Shown here: piece after piece, positions 12,901 to 25,603 of the stretch
Layout: the number at the start of each line of letters is the position of its first letter
How positions within the stretch are numbered: the first letter of the stretch is position 1
Origin: Paramecium tetraurelia
Lineage: Eukaryota
Direction of reading: 5' to 3'
Length of the DNA stretch: 64,000 nt
Assembly (NCBI GenBank): GCA_000165425.1
Contig: CT868552.1
Coordinates: 186,001-250,000, forward strand
Translations under genes and position numbers: made by a program
Notes under the pieces: model-generated
Seen by the model: only the letters and a program-made list of their open reading frames with translations
Told to the model about the DNA's origin: nothing
Databases searched by the model: none

Positions 12901-13922
12901 CCAAATTGAATTTTGGTAAAACTCCATTTATTTAATCAAATAATCCAAAATAGGATGATCCTGAATTAAATAACGCTTTTTTCCTTGTAAATGCTAAGAG
13001 CTTTTATTTAACCATGTTCACTACATTTACACTGTTTATAATTTCAAAAATAATCAAAAAGATCAGCCATTATGTCTATACTTAATTTTCCTCTTTTAAA
13101 CACTTTAAAAGACTAAAAATGTTGTATATAATCTTCAGAATGATAAAATAGTTTTCTGAAAAAACATCAAATTACTTTTTCTATTCAGGAATGATAAAAG
13201 TTTTTATATCGACATAATATTAGTTAATGTACAGTGCTTATATCTAATGTCCAGAATATCAATTTAATTTCTAATTGTAGGATATATTTATCACTTTTAA
13301 CTCTTTTAATGCATTAATTGCTATTATAATACCTCACTTATTTCTATTTAAATCTATTGTAGTTCTACAAAAATAATACAAAATAGCAACTAAAAATCGA
13401 TTTTCAATATTTTACGAAAATGTTAAATAAACCTATTGGGCCAGATACTTCATTCCCTTTTCAATGGTAAAAGTTGCCATTTATATGGGGATTGTTTGTT
13501 TTCTGAGTAATTCCCCAGTTATATAGATTATATCATTAACAATATTATCTAATGTTTACTTATATTATCTTTTGGTAGCCCAACCATGTACTTAAAAATT
13601 AGAGAAAATCAAAATCATTGTTAGAGAAATGACATTTCTAATAATAGTCTCATCCCTTTTTCCTTATACATCAGCTGTGGATGATAAAATAATTAATTTA
13701 TTAGGATGGATTCATATAGGATTATTTTCATTGATCATCGCATCAAACATACTAATAGATTTTATAAATTAACTAACGCAATTATTAAATAAATATTAGT
13801 AAAATAAATTAAAAAAGAAAAAATAAAAAGAGACTTCCTCTAATTATAATAGTTTTATTATCATTTCAGATGCTAATATATAAAACAAAAGACTAAAATC
13901 TTAACAATTAATTACCATTTGA
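6951..13922 (+). CDS. Large Cys-rich surface protein: signal peptide, surface-antigen-like Cys repeats, Ser/Thr linker, three CGD/NG..ECDD repeats, multi-pass TM C-terminus; contains three in-frame TGAs
   Basis: One reading frame translated codon by codon from ATG 6951 to TGA 13920-13922; periodic C..C.W...C repeats; CGDGIAGLNEECDDGN (~11782), CGDGLINGQEECDD, CGNGQLVGEYEQCDDGN; multiple hydrophobic helices after ~12680; internal TGA at 10392, 10440, 10671. Confidence 0.85.
9339..9516 (+). repeat. Coding hexamer tandem repeat (TCAACC/TCAGGT)n encoding a Ser-Thr/Ser-Gly mucin-like linker
   Basis: Direct inspection: ..ggttcaacctcaacctcaacctcaacc..; in frame with the surrounding gene (STSTSTSTSGST). 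Confidence 0.95.
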
Positions 13923-14397
13923 TTAAATCAGTATTACTCTATTAAATATTAAAATAATTATTATTAATAGTAAAAAGCATTCCCATTTCCTTACATATCG
14001 ATTAGTGCTTTTATATCTTTTCATTTCAATATAAAAAAATAGTAGAAAAAATTTAATTCAAAGGTTCAAAAGAAGATTCGAGTAGTTCAAATTTATAACC
14101 ATCTTAAGTAATAACAGTTAATTTAATCAAATATTAAGTAATAACGATTTTCAAATAAAGCGTATAATAGCCTATTGAATGCAGAATTTTAAGTTATTTG
14201 GAAATCATGAATAGGATAAGACAATTAAAGCTGAGTGTTTAAGAAACTTTTATATATATATAATATTTGGAAAATAAAGAATTATCTTACAAATTATAAA
14301 CTTAATAAAAGCAAAAGCTAGTAATTTAATTAAACGAATAGAGTTTAAAGCTTATTGCATTATAATTTTACATCTATAATTAAATTTATTAATAAAT

Positions 14398-15663
14398 ATG
14401 TTATAACAACACCCATATTTAAATTAGCCCGAAAATGTTGCCAATAAATACAATAAACCTGTTAATTTGAGCCAGCAACTTAGTTTTTCTAAGAGTCTAC
14501 CTGGTCAAGGATTGCAGCCAGAGTAAAACTATGCAACTCCATAATGGCAAAAGTAAATGAACCCTTAATTCTCAAATCAACAGCCATAAATTTAAACTAT
14601 CTAATCCAAGTACATTCCGCAACAGTAGACCATTTATCAACCTTAAACAAATTATGTTTCATAAACGCAATAATAATTTGTACCAATTGCTTATCCTCAA
14701 TAATAATAATTCAGATAAAGTTCCCCTCCAAGAATATTCAAGATGAATTAATAACCATAATAACAATAAGCAATCTACCGATAAACAGAAGTAAGAATTC
14801 CAGAATATTACTCGCCTCCTCCTATTTAATATGATGAGCCGGTCTTCTATGAATAACCTAGATATTACCCTCCTCAACAATAATAAATCAAATTACCTCC
14901 ACCCCAAATAGAAAATTATTTTCTGCCAAACTAAGTCAGTTTCATAAGGAATCTTGACGATGGATTAAAGTATCCAGAATATCCTTTTAAAGCATTAGAT
15001 ATTCGAGATTATTTTAACAAAGCTCTTATTGATATGGCTACCTAAGAAGAGAAGATTGAAAGAGCTAAAATATAAGTCTGCTCTCAGCTTGATTTTCGAA
15101 TTAATGGTTTGTTTAATCAGTTTGATTAAAATCAAACTGGACAACTCTCCAAAGAGGAATTTGCAGTTGGATTAAAAGCATTTTCATTGTAAGCTGAATA
15201 ATGTGATATCACATTGTTATTTGAAGAATTTGGGTATTAAGGAATGATGGATATTCAATAATTTGGAAATATGATAAAACCATAAACAGATCTTAAAAAT
15301 ACAAAAGCATTTTAAGATGATGATGTAAAGGTACTCCCAGAAACTAAACTTTTAATCAGAAATTTATTCGTCACATTGTTAAATGCTGAGAGTGTGTTAG
15401 AAGGTCTTAGATAATACTTAATATCAAAAGAAGAGGAACTGAGATAAGATATTGAATATGAGTAGATATTTGAAGACATATTTTCAAATGATCATCCTAA
15501 TAATTTAAGATTTTATCTTTAGAATTAAGGATAATATTTTGACATGGCAGTTATTAATAGTCTATTTAATAGATTCGATAGAGAATGCACAAAAAGAATC
15601 ACATAAGATTAATTTACCTATACATTTTAGCCAAAGTTAAAAAAAGATGATAATTGCTTGTGA
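14398..15663 (+). CDS. EF-hand protein with Q/P-rich N-terminus
   Basis: FNQFDQNQTGQLSKEEF and FNRFDRECTKRITQDQF EF-hand-like loops; intron gtatccagaatatccttttaaag; TGA 15661-15663. Confidence 0.8.
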
Positions 15664-15982
15664 TAAATTATTATTATTTGATATATATATATAGTACACA
15701 TTTCTTATGAAAGTAATTTGAATTCACACTTTCTTTTGTGCAACCTTCTTGAATAATTCTAAGTATATATAAACTAATTTAATTCGAGAACAAATTATTA
15801 TAGTAAATAAAAATAATTCTCATATAATCAATTTTCTGAGAATAATAAATACTTTCTTTTACTTTTAATATTGAGGTTATAATCAAAGAGGAATGCCATG
15901 ATTAATTTAATTATATAGTATTTAGTAAAGAAAGCACTCTAAATTTAAACTTGACATGAATTAAAATTTATTTATTTATATA

Positions 15983-17522
15983 ATGAGACAAAAATCTCAA
16001 ACTGTTCATGAGGGCGGAGAAAGAAAGTTATAAGCAGTCGATTATGATAAGTGTATTTATAATTGTCTTTTGACTAAAAAGAAATTTATTGGAAGGGGCC
16101 TGAGATACCTTTATTTGTTTAAGAATTAAATTTGTATAGGAAAGGTATCCGTCTATCTTTAGATTTTGAGTCACCTTATGTTCAGATTCCTGAACGCCAA
16201 TTACGAATCAGTTCAGAATTAAGAATTCAATGGACTTATACAAAAAATAAATTAAAATCAGTAATCTTTTAAGTAAGCGGCTAACAATATGAATATCATG
16301 GAACAAATGACTAGTTAAGAGAACTTAAATAGAAATGTGCATTATACGTTTTCCAAATCAAGATTTAGGATGAATACTAAGCTGAATCAGTTTTAGGAAA
16401 AGGGTCTTATGCAACAGTTCTCGAATTAACTAATTTATATACAAATAAACAATATGCTGCTAAATGTATTGATTAGCAACGTATCAACGAAAAGAAAAAT
16501 GGTTACAAATAATTGCAATAAGAAATAGAAACTATGAGAATACTATCTGAAAGAAAACATGATAACATTTTACAATTACATGAGCTCTATATAGGAAATT
16601 AAAATTTTTATTTAGTTATGGAAATGGCCAAAGGTGGCTCCCTATTGACTCTTATGAAAAAACGCTAAACTCTTTTCAGTAGATCAGACATTAAGTTGAT
16701 TATGAAATAACTCCTTGAAGGATTGGAATTTATTCATAATCATAATATAATGCATAGAGACTTAAAACCAGAAAATATATTGTTTATGAATAAAGATTTA
16801 GAATCATTAGTAATAGCTGATTTTGGCTTAGCATAATCAGTAGACTCTCATCCCTATACATATCCTAAATGTGGTACCCCAGGGTTTGTGGCTCCAGAAA
16901 TCCTTGAGCAAGATTCTGAATTGGCAAGATATACTGTATCTTGTGATATATTTAGTGCAGGAGTCATTTTATATGTGTTGTAAAGTATTTACATTTATTT
17001 AAGATTAATCGGGGAACCTTTGTTTGAAAAAAAGGATAGGAAAGAACAATTAGAATTAAATAGAAAATGCGAAATCAATCTAAGTAAGTTTCCATCTGAT
17101 TAATTGGATGATCTTGAAAAGGATTTATTAATGAAAATGCTATCAAAAAATCCAGAATTTAGATGGTCAGCCAATAATCTGCTAAAACACAAATTTTTCG
17201 TATCTGAAGATTCCATAGAGAGTGAAGTAGATTTCTACAAATTAAATAATATCGCTATGTATGAAATTGATAAAATATTAGACTTAAGAAACACGCTATG
17301 CCAACTTTCTCTAAAAATCCTTTTATATAATTTGGTAAAAATAATAGTCTAGTCAGAGATAATACTTAAACTATTTCTCTAAGATAAAGAAATTGTACAT
17401 TAGTAATGTAAACTAATTTAAGATTTGATAAATCTTCACAAGAACAATTAAATACTGAATAAGTAAATGGAATGGGATCTTTTAACCTATACAAAGACGA
17501 AATAAATTAAACTAACCCTTGA
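15983..17522 (+). CDS. Ser/Thr protein kinase, CAMK-like, with N-terminal PH-like region
   Basis: [47 protein letters not shown]; small introns. Confidence 0.92.
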
Positions 17523-18350
17523 AAATAAATCATTCGCATTTTATTTACTCTAAATTTACATTTATAGACATAAAATAAATTTTTAGTTTTGGTTATTTTT
17601 TGAAGTATTTCTTTTGTGTTAAGTTGGATTTCATTCAATCTATATATAAATGAGTTTCTAAGACCAAGTAATTCTAACTCGTTATCATAATGAGTAAATT
17701 GATTACAGGCTTTGTTTTATGAATCCAAAAATATCAATAAAAATTCCAAACAATATAAATTAAAAAAAGAAAGATATCTTGCAAAGTCAGCTAGAAAGGA
17801 GGGAAATTGGACTTAAGCTATCGAAATGCTGGTTTATTTATGTTTATTAACCAAATTATATTTATCATTGAAAAATGAGTAGATTCAAGGATTTATGAAA
17901 GAGAAACTGATAAAATAAGAGATGAATTTTTTAATTCTTATGATTAGAGATTACGTTTATATATCTATAATTTTTCAAAAACTGTATTAAAAAGATGAAT
18001 AGTTTGGTATAAGCAATAAGATTTTTTTTTTAACACAGTACAATAAATAAAAAGCCTAAATTTGGATATCTTTAACCATTTGATGGATGGTTTTTCATAA
18101 TGAAATTTATATTGAATGTTCAGAGTTTAATTATCACTTTACAAAACAAAATGAATTTTTCTTTATTAATTTTATTGATGAAAAAATTATTCGAAAATTG
18201 TAATTAATGTTCAAAAAAACCAGGAACAGATTTCTGTTCTAATTGTTAAGTTAGGTTTTGCTATGATTGTGATGGAGAAGCTCATAATTGGATATAGAAT
18301 CATAAGACAGAAATATGCTCATTATTATGTATTATGTTTTAGATTAAGAA

Positions 18351-19091
18351 ATGAAATCAAATAACTTAAACTCTTCAATTTAGGCTGGAGATTCTTAGTT
18401 TTTATATTAATAGCAATAAAAATAATTTGGAATAGATTAGTAGAACAGATAATATTGTTAATAATTAGAACAAGAGATATTATAATTTGTATAAATTTTG
18501 AATTCATAAGAAAGCAAATGGAGGAAAAAAATTCAAATATCAGAAAAAGAGTATCGAGAAAAAATTGCGAATTTTTAATCTAAGGTCAAGAAAAGTGAGA
18601 GCACAATTATAGAAATTAAATAATAATCTAAATAAGAGGATTAAATTAGTGAAATGATAAAATAATTAAAAGAATAGCTGGAGGGACAAAAGAAGTATTA
18701 TTAAATCTACAATTGATAGTTAATTAATCTAAAAAGTAGAACAATAAAAAGAGTAACTGAATTACAAAGAGCAGCTATTACAAAATTTGATAAATTAAGA
18801 GAAAGATTTATCTGCAGAGATAAATAAAAAAGAGATATTTATTGGGAAGTTTAAAGAGTTAATCTAATAGTAGTAGAAAGAAAAAGAGTTGATATTACAT
18901 GAAAATGATAAAATAAAAAAGCAATTGACTGAAATCAAGTAATTATTCAAAGAAAAACTGCCTTAATTGGGATTAGATGAAATTTTTTCAATTTTGATGA
19001 GAATGAATAAGAAGGAGAAGATGAGGAACTAGAGCTTCAAATATAATAAAATGTGGATGACTCTACAGAAGAAGACGAAGGAGTATAATGA
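18351..19091 (+). CDS. Coiled-coil protein with acidic tail (start uncertain)
   Basis: Open Q/E/K-rich frame, intron gtattattaaatctacaattgatag, ends EEDEGVQ-TGA 19089-19091. Confidence 0.55.
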
Positions 19092-19120
19092 GTAAATCTA
19101 ATCAGTTAACTATGAGTCAT

Positions 19121-20250
19121 TCATTGTTATTTTTGATTCTAAGCATTTTATTAAAGATATTATTCTATTTCTTCTGCCTCTAACCATCGTTTTTTTATTC
19201 CATCTTTCCACTCTCCGTATTTCTTTTCTCCATTTGACATATAATAGACTCCAATTCCTTATTGTTTACCTATAAGATATATGATATACAATACCATTTA
19301 CCCAGATTCCTTCATATTTCCTACCATCTCCCCATTCAAACGAACCTCGGCCATGTTTTTTATCTTCAAAGTATTCCTAAAGTTAAAGTAACAATGGATA
19401 CTCCTATATATTTTCTGCCATCTGGCCATGTTACTTATCCATGACCATGCATTTTATTTCTTTTCCATTACCCAGTATAAATTCGTTAATCTGGCCATTA
19501 ATACGTTCCATATCCATCAATTTCATTATCAACAAAAGTGCCTTCATATCTAGAACCATCAGCAAATAGTAAAATGCCTTTACCATTTTTCTTTCCTGTT
19601 TTGTATTCTCCTTCATATTTAGCTCCATCAGGCCAAACTTCAATTCCTATGCCATCTTATCTGTCATCAACCCACTAAATAATTGATTTATTATTTACAT
19701 CTCCCTCATATCTAGCACCATTAATATGAACATATACTCCTTTGCCATTTGCTTTATCATTTTGCCATTCTCCTTCATATACATCACCATCTGCATGAAT
19801 CAATTTACCCCAACCACAACTTTTATCATCCTTCCATTATCCTTCATAACATGAACCATCTGGCCACTATTATTTACCAACCCCATCTCTCTTCCCTAAC
19901 AACCATTCTCCTTCATATATGGCACCTTTATCTAATTAGATTGGTCCAAATTTTTGCCTTTCAGTGCAATTCAAATAGGTTATACTTACTTCTTTCACAG
20001 ATTAGGGTTCTAAATTTTTTTTCATAGACATGCTTTCATTATCTACTTAAAATTTTTCTCTTTCCTTATTGTTTTATCTTGGAGTTTCAGAAACCTATTG
20101 TTATTATTATTAAAGTGATGAGACACTATTTTCTTTATCATCATAGTCATTTTGGTCAGGATCTTCTAAATCCACCTCATTCTTTTTAGAATCTTTGGAT
20201 ACAATCTCTCCATTTTTATTAGCGCAGCAATTCACTTAGCAGCTTCCCAT
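19121..20250 (-). CDS. MORN-repeat protein with putative N-myristoylation/palmitoylation signal
   Basis: Starts MGSCQVNCCANK; many YEGEW..G.G...WPDG repeats; one small intron at ~19677-19700. Confidence 0.92.
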
Positions 20251-20284
20251 TTCAGTTAATTATTTATATATGTGATTTATAATA

Positions 20285-20574
20285 TCAAAATTCTGCTTTC
20301 TCAATATCAGGTGGGGGAGGCCCACAGGGCTAAATCATTTTGGTTAAAAATTTATAACGCAATCGGCACATTGGTTCATTTTCAGCTGTACAGAAATAGA
20401 CCTCAACATCAAATAGATGAATACCATTCTACTATGATGACCTATATGTGAGGCTAATGTATCTCTGTGAATATGATTATTCCAAACATATTTTGGAGTG
20501 TCTGGATTTCCTGTACCAACATAACGGGCATGCAAATGCTCAGTTTAAGTTTAAAAATTGAATCTGTCTTGCAT
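20285..20574 (-). CDS. SF3B5: Splicing factor 3B subunit 5 (SF3b10)
   Basis: MQDRFNFQTQTEHLHARYVGTGNPDTPKYVWNNHIHRDTLASHIGH...ENEP..RLRYKFLTKMIQPCGPPP; 23-nt intron. Confidence 0.95.
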
Positions 20575-20982
20575 TGAATATTTCCAAATATATAAAAATA
20601 TTATTTAAATTAATTATTGTATAATCAGAATAATCTATATTTAATTATTTATTTAATCTAAAATGCTTGATATTGCGAAATCTCAAGAATGATGAAAAAC
20701 AAAAGTACTTTCTTTATTTTATTTCCAAATCTTATTAGAATTTATTTCAATTAACCATTTTAACAAAATTAAGGGTAAATTTCAGGTATTTATATTTGTT
20801 ATCCACAATTATTTGACTTCAAGCATATGTTTTAATCTTAATGCGAGTGGAAACAATAGCGTTCATCTAAAATTTTAATTTGATTTAATAGAATAAAAAT
20901 TACTTTCAGAAGAACTTTAGAAAAAGATAAACTTTGGAATATTTGTTAATACTCCAGAATATTTATGTATATTATAGAATAT

Positions 20983-22367
20983 TCATTTCCATAAGTTTCT
21001 CAAATACTTCGACATTCTAAATAAGCGAACTAATCTGTTATATATCCGATATTCTAAGAATTATTTTTGGGTAATTAGTTGAACATCTTATCAAACATCA
21101 TGTAAATCTGTATTAGCATCAGCAACTGTTTATTATTAGAATTTACTTTATGACTCCTTGACGCATTATAGGATTCTTGAACAATTTAATAAGTAAATTT
21201 CAATTTATTAGGATCTTAGTTTTGATTCTCCATTTGGTAATCTATTCTATGTTAAGGAATTGGTCTTTGATTTTATGATATTTAAGAAAACATCTTCATT
21301 ACAATTTTTTTGTTCAGTATTTCTAAACAAATTATCGTATTCTGTTTAGTTAATACAAATCTAGATTATTTAATTACCCATTGAAATTCTTATCTATTCA
21401 ACGTTCCATTCTTATTTTTACTATTTGGATATTTCCTCATCCCATTAAAGCTACAATATATTTATTAAAATTATTGACTAATGCTAAAATAGAAACATAT
21501 TTATATTGAAAATATTCTTTATTTGCTATTTAGATTTGATCAACACATATATTTTATCGTAACATAATTTTCCACTTCTATTGGAGTCATATTTATTTAA
21601 TATTGTCTCAATAATGTCTTTTTCTATGAATACGCAACAATACTTTTTTAAAAATTGTACAAAGGGTTATATCAAGACTTCCATTTTTTCCAAATCAAAA
21701 TACACAAAGTCCTTTTGACTATCTTTTCTGTATCATCTTTGGCAACTCTTTTATCTAATTTTTTCAAATAACACAATTTCCAATTAATCCAAGATGCATC
21801 TGTAAAATAATACTCTTCCTTCTTACTTGGAAGTGTTGCATTACAATCAGCATCATAATTTAAAAATTCCTTTTCATTTATAATTTGGCTTGTTACTTTT
21901 GGATATTTCATTCACAAATCCCTTAATGACTTATTAATCCGTTTTCTATTTTGTTCTTGCTCTGGGGCTTAATAGAGTCTAAAAAGATTTTCCAATTTTG
22001 CAATCTCCTTTGGGTTGATTAATTCAAAAAGGAAAATGTGCTTCTTACTATATTTAGTCTCTTTTCAATCATATTTTCTCTAATCAAATTCACAAACTCT
22101 GCTAAAGCATATTTTCCATCTTTATTTTAGATATATTTATCATATGCTTCTCTCACTTCTCAAGAAGTTAGAAATACACCAAATTTAGACAGGAACTTTT
22201 AGGATTCGTCCTTATCCAAATATCCTTTTTTTTCGATAAAATAGCTCAAATCATGCCATTAATTAATACACTCCTTCCATGTCTTCTATTTTACGAACAT
22301 GTAATTAACCTCTAATCTTATTCTAAACTAAGTCCAATTTCTCCAATCCATCGGTTTGATTTAACAT
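20983..22367 (-). pseudogene. Degenerate calcyphosin-like multi-EF-hand gene
   Basis: EF-hand fragments (YFDLEK/NGSLDI, KYDSNRSGKLCY, KNKNGTLNRQEFQWVI) and a C-terminal YLRNLWK* lie in different frames, with frameshifts and internal TGAs not explained by introns. Confidence 0.6.
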
Positions 22368-22985
22368 TCTATATATTGATTTAAATTTCGATTGATTACA
22401 CAAAGAAATCTTTAAAATCCCTTAATCCTTAAACGAATATAGAACTAATCAGTTCTTAAATAATTTTAATGAATTGATAGCATTTTTAATAAACTAGGTT
22501 AGAGCAAACTAATAGTGTAGATTTGCTTATAATCTAGGTAACATAAAAATATCAAATGATGGTATTATAATAAACTTTTGATAAACCAATAAATTTATAG
22601 AAACTTGGACTTTAGAAAATTTCCATTTATTTTATTAAATTATCAATTAATTTGTAATAGCCATTTAGTATTTTTAAAGAAGGTTGCTTTATAATCAAGT
22701 TTATTTAATATAGTTTTTTATTTCTCGGGATAAAAAATGATTTAAACTTCCTTATTAAAGGATAAAATTATAAAACAAAAATGCCTTGAGTTTAATTTGA
22801 TACACAATAGGGTATAATATATTGTGATTTATTGAAAGTTTAATGGTTTGGATATTGAATATATTATAAAAATTGAATTAAATTTTCAGAGGTGAAGGCA
22901 GAACTAAGATCTTTTATACTGTTACTTGAATTTACAATTGCAAAATCTCAGATCATAATTTTTATATAAATTATTATTAAAGCTC

Positions 22986-25509
22986 ATGAAATTTTTTAAA
23001 CAATGTTATAATGAGTTCTTTCTTCAGGTTTAAATACAAGAACTCTATAAGTACGAAGAATCTTTAAATAGTTTTACTCTATAATTTTAATCAGAGGAAT
23101 TAGAACAATCTTATTAAAATAGGTAAATGGCCAAGGTTATAGTGTAATTCAGGATATCAACATTATTATAGATATTGATAAACATAGGATTTATGATAAA
23201 CTCAGCAGTTGTATATAATTCACCAGATATAGTGAAATTTAGATCAATTTTTATTGGATGGATGCTCATATGTTTATTTTTATAGAAAATTTCTAAGAAA
23301 TATTGGAATGTCACCACTAATATACTGGTTTTCATTAATGGTGTTATAAGTGTCTTGTTGTTTGCCTTCTTTACTAAATTTGTGAACACAGCCCAAACTA
23401 ACATAAATGATGTTATGAGTCTTTCTTTAATATCAGGTTTGCAATAGGGGTTATTCGCTATGAGCTTTTTTTTAATTTAGTCCAACTACATAATGCAGAG
23501 TTTGTCTATGCTAAGCTTCTTTCTTATATTGATGGGAATTTTTACTCAATTTTAGAATTATAGATTATGGACGTAATATCTGCTTCTTATTTTTACATGT
23601 TATTTATTGAGATAGAATGAAAAGACAAATAGATTGAATTATTTATTAATTCACAAGTCTCATTAGAATTTAGAAGCATGTAAGAAACTTTATGATGAAA
23701 CAGTTCCAACATCTATAATAATTTTGGAAGAGAATATTTAATAAGAAGGGGCTAATAAAAATGAATTAAATTCAGTAGTTACACAAAAAGAAAAATTATA
23801 TACTTTGGATAATAGACTTATGAATGTGGCATATTTTAATAAAAGTGCGTCTATTCATTTTGAAACGGTCGAAGAAGATATTTTAACAGGAAGATTGGCT
23901 GAAATAGAAATATTAAATTCAGAGAATTCAGTTTTAAATTCTGAAAATAACAAGCTTTTAGATAAGATTTAAGGATTACATTCCACATTGCAGACTGAAA
24001 TGCGTTTTAATACAATAAACTCTTTCGATTATTAAATTATGTCAATTAATAGAAAAATGCAATGCCAGAGAGTATAAATATATTAAATTTAGGTTGTTAA
24101 ATAATCATAAGTGCAATATTATGATGCATAAGCTTAAGGTTGCTTATGGGATGGCAAATAATGTATAATGTTAATATTGAATGATACTACTGATAGAGTC
24201 TTAAGAATAAAGCATCTCCAAGATTTAGACAATTATAAAGATAAATTATTAGCTGCTGTTTCTCATGATCTGAAAACTCCATTAAATGGTCAAAGTATTC
24301 TTGCTAATTTGATTAAAAAAAAGTTGGAAAATAAACAGTCTATGGCTAGAATTGAAATTTAGGGTATTATTAAAATGAAATAATATTTTAGATATTGTTG
24401 TTCACATTGATGACATGATTTCAAATTAGTAGATACTATTAGTGATGATAAATGATTTAATTGATTATTCATAATTAAAAAAATAAGGATTAAGATTAAA
24501 TTACACCTAATTTGATCTTTCTGCATGTGTGCAACAAATTAAGAATATGTTCAAAATGTAAATGGAATTTAAAAAACTATAATTCATTATTTTAGGGTTA
24601 AATGAATAGATCATTATGTATTCAGATTAAATTCGACTTTAATAGATTTTATTTAATCTCATATCTAATGCCATTAAATTTACTTACTAAGGATAAATTA
24701 CACTGGCAATTAATAAGGTAAGTTCTGGTAATCAACAATTAATTCATTTCTCTGTATAAGATACTGGAATTGGAATACCTTCACAAATCTAGAGTAAATT
24801 ATTCAAAGCATACTCAACCTTTAATTTAGGAAATTAAAACTCATAAGGAGTAGGATTAGGACTAGTTATCTCCAGAAATCTAGTTGGCTTATTAGGTCCA
24901 GATGAGTTTATAGAAATGAGTTCAGTGGAAAATAAAGGATCTAATTTCAGTTTCTCGATATATCTGAATGCTTAGCATAAAGAATGCGATATAATTAATA
25001 GTTTATAGGCAGAAAATGGAACTCCTGATAACGATCCATCTCCAATTCATCGAATGCCTAATCCAGTTATCAGAAGATAAGATAGAAAATATTAGACAGT
25101 TGCTGAAATGTCCACAAGTTTATATTAAAAATTAAAAATACTAATTGTAGACGATACAAGTTTTAACATTTATGTCTTAAAATAGCTGTTAACATAAATT
25201 ATTATTAGATGTGAGATTTATGAAGCTCATAATGGTAAGGAAGCATTAGAAAAAGTCAAATCCGTCAGATTTGATATTATATTTATGGATATCAATATGC
25301 CAATTTTGGATGGCATCTAGGCTACCAAATAGATAAGATTGTTTGAAAGAAAACATGATTTTTAAAAGTCAATAATCTGTATGCTTTCTGCTTTCTAAGG
25401 AGAAGATGATCTTTAAGAGTCATTGGCGATAGGAGCAGATTTGTTTTTATCAAAACCCCTAGAAGTTCCAGCTTTAAAAACGATACTGAAATCGCTTAAG
25501 TATATTTGA
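22986..25509 (+). CDS. Membrane-bound hybrid sensor histidine kinase (multi-TM + HisKA + HATPase + receiver)
   Basis: H-box AAVSHDLKTPLNG; N-box QQILFNLISNAIKFT; VQDTGIGIP; GVGLGLVIS; receiver ILIVDD...IFMDINMPILDG...FLSKP. Confidence 0.95.
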
Positions 25510-25603
25510 TATTGATTCTACGATATTGTTATTAATACTTCCATAAGTGGAATTTATATTATTAATCAATTATTATCATAGATAAATTAAAATATATATT
25601 AAT

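Noticed and set aside
22986..25509. Recent bacterial transfer or contamination (two-component kinase)
   Set aside because: Uses TAA/TAG as Gln, has tiny introns and host-like composition
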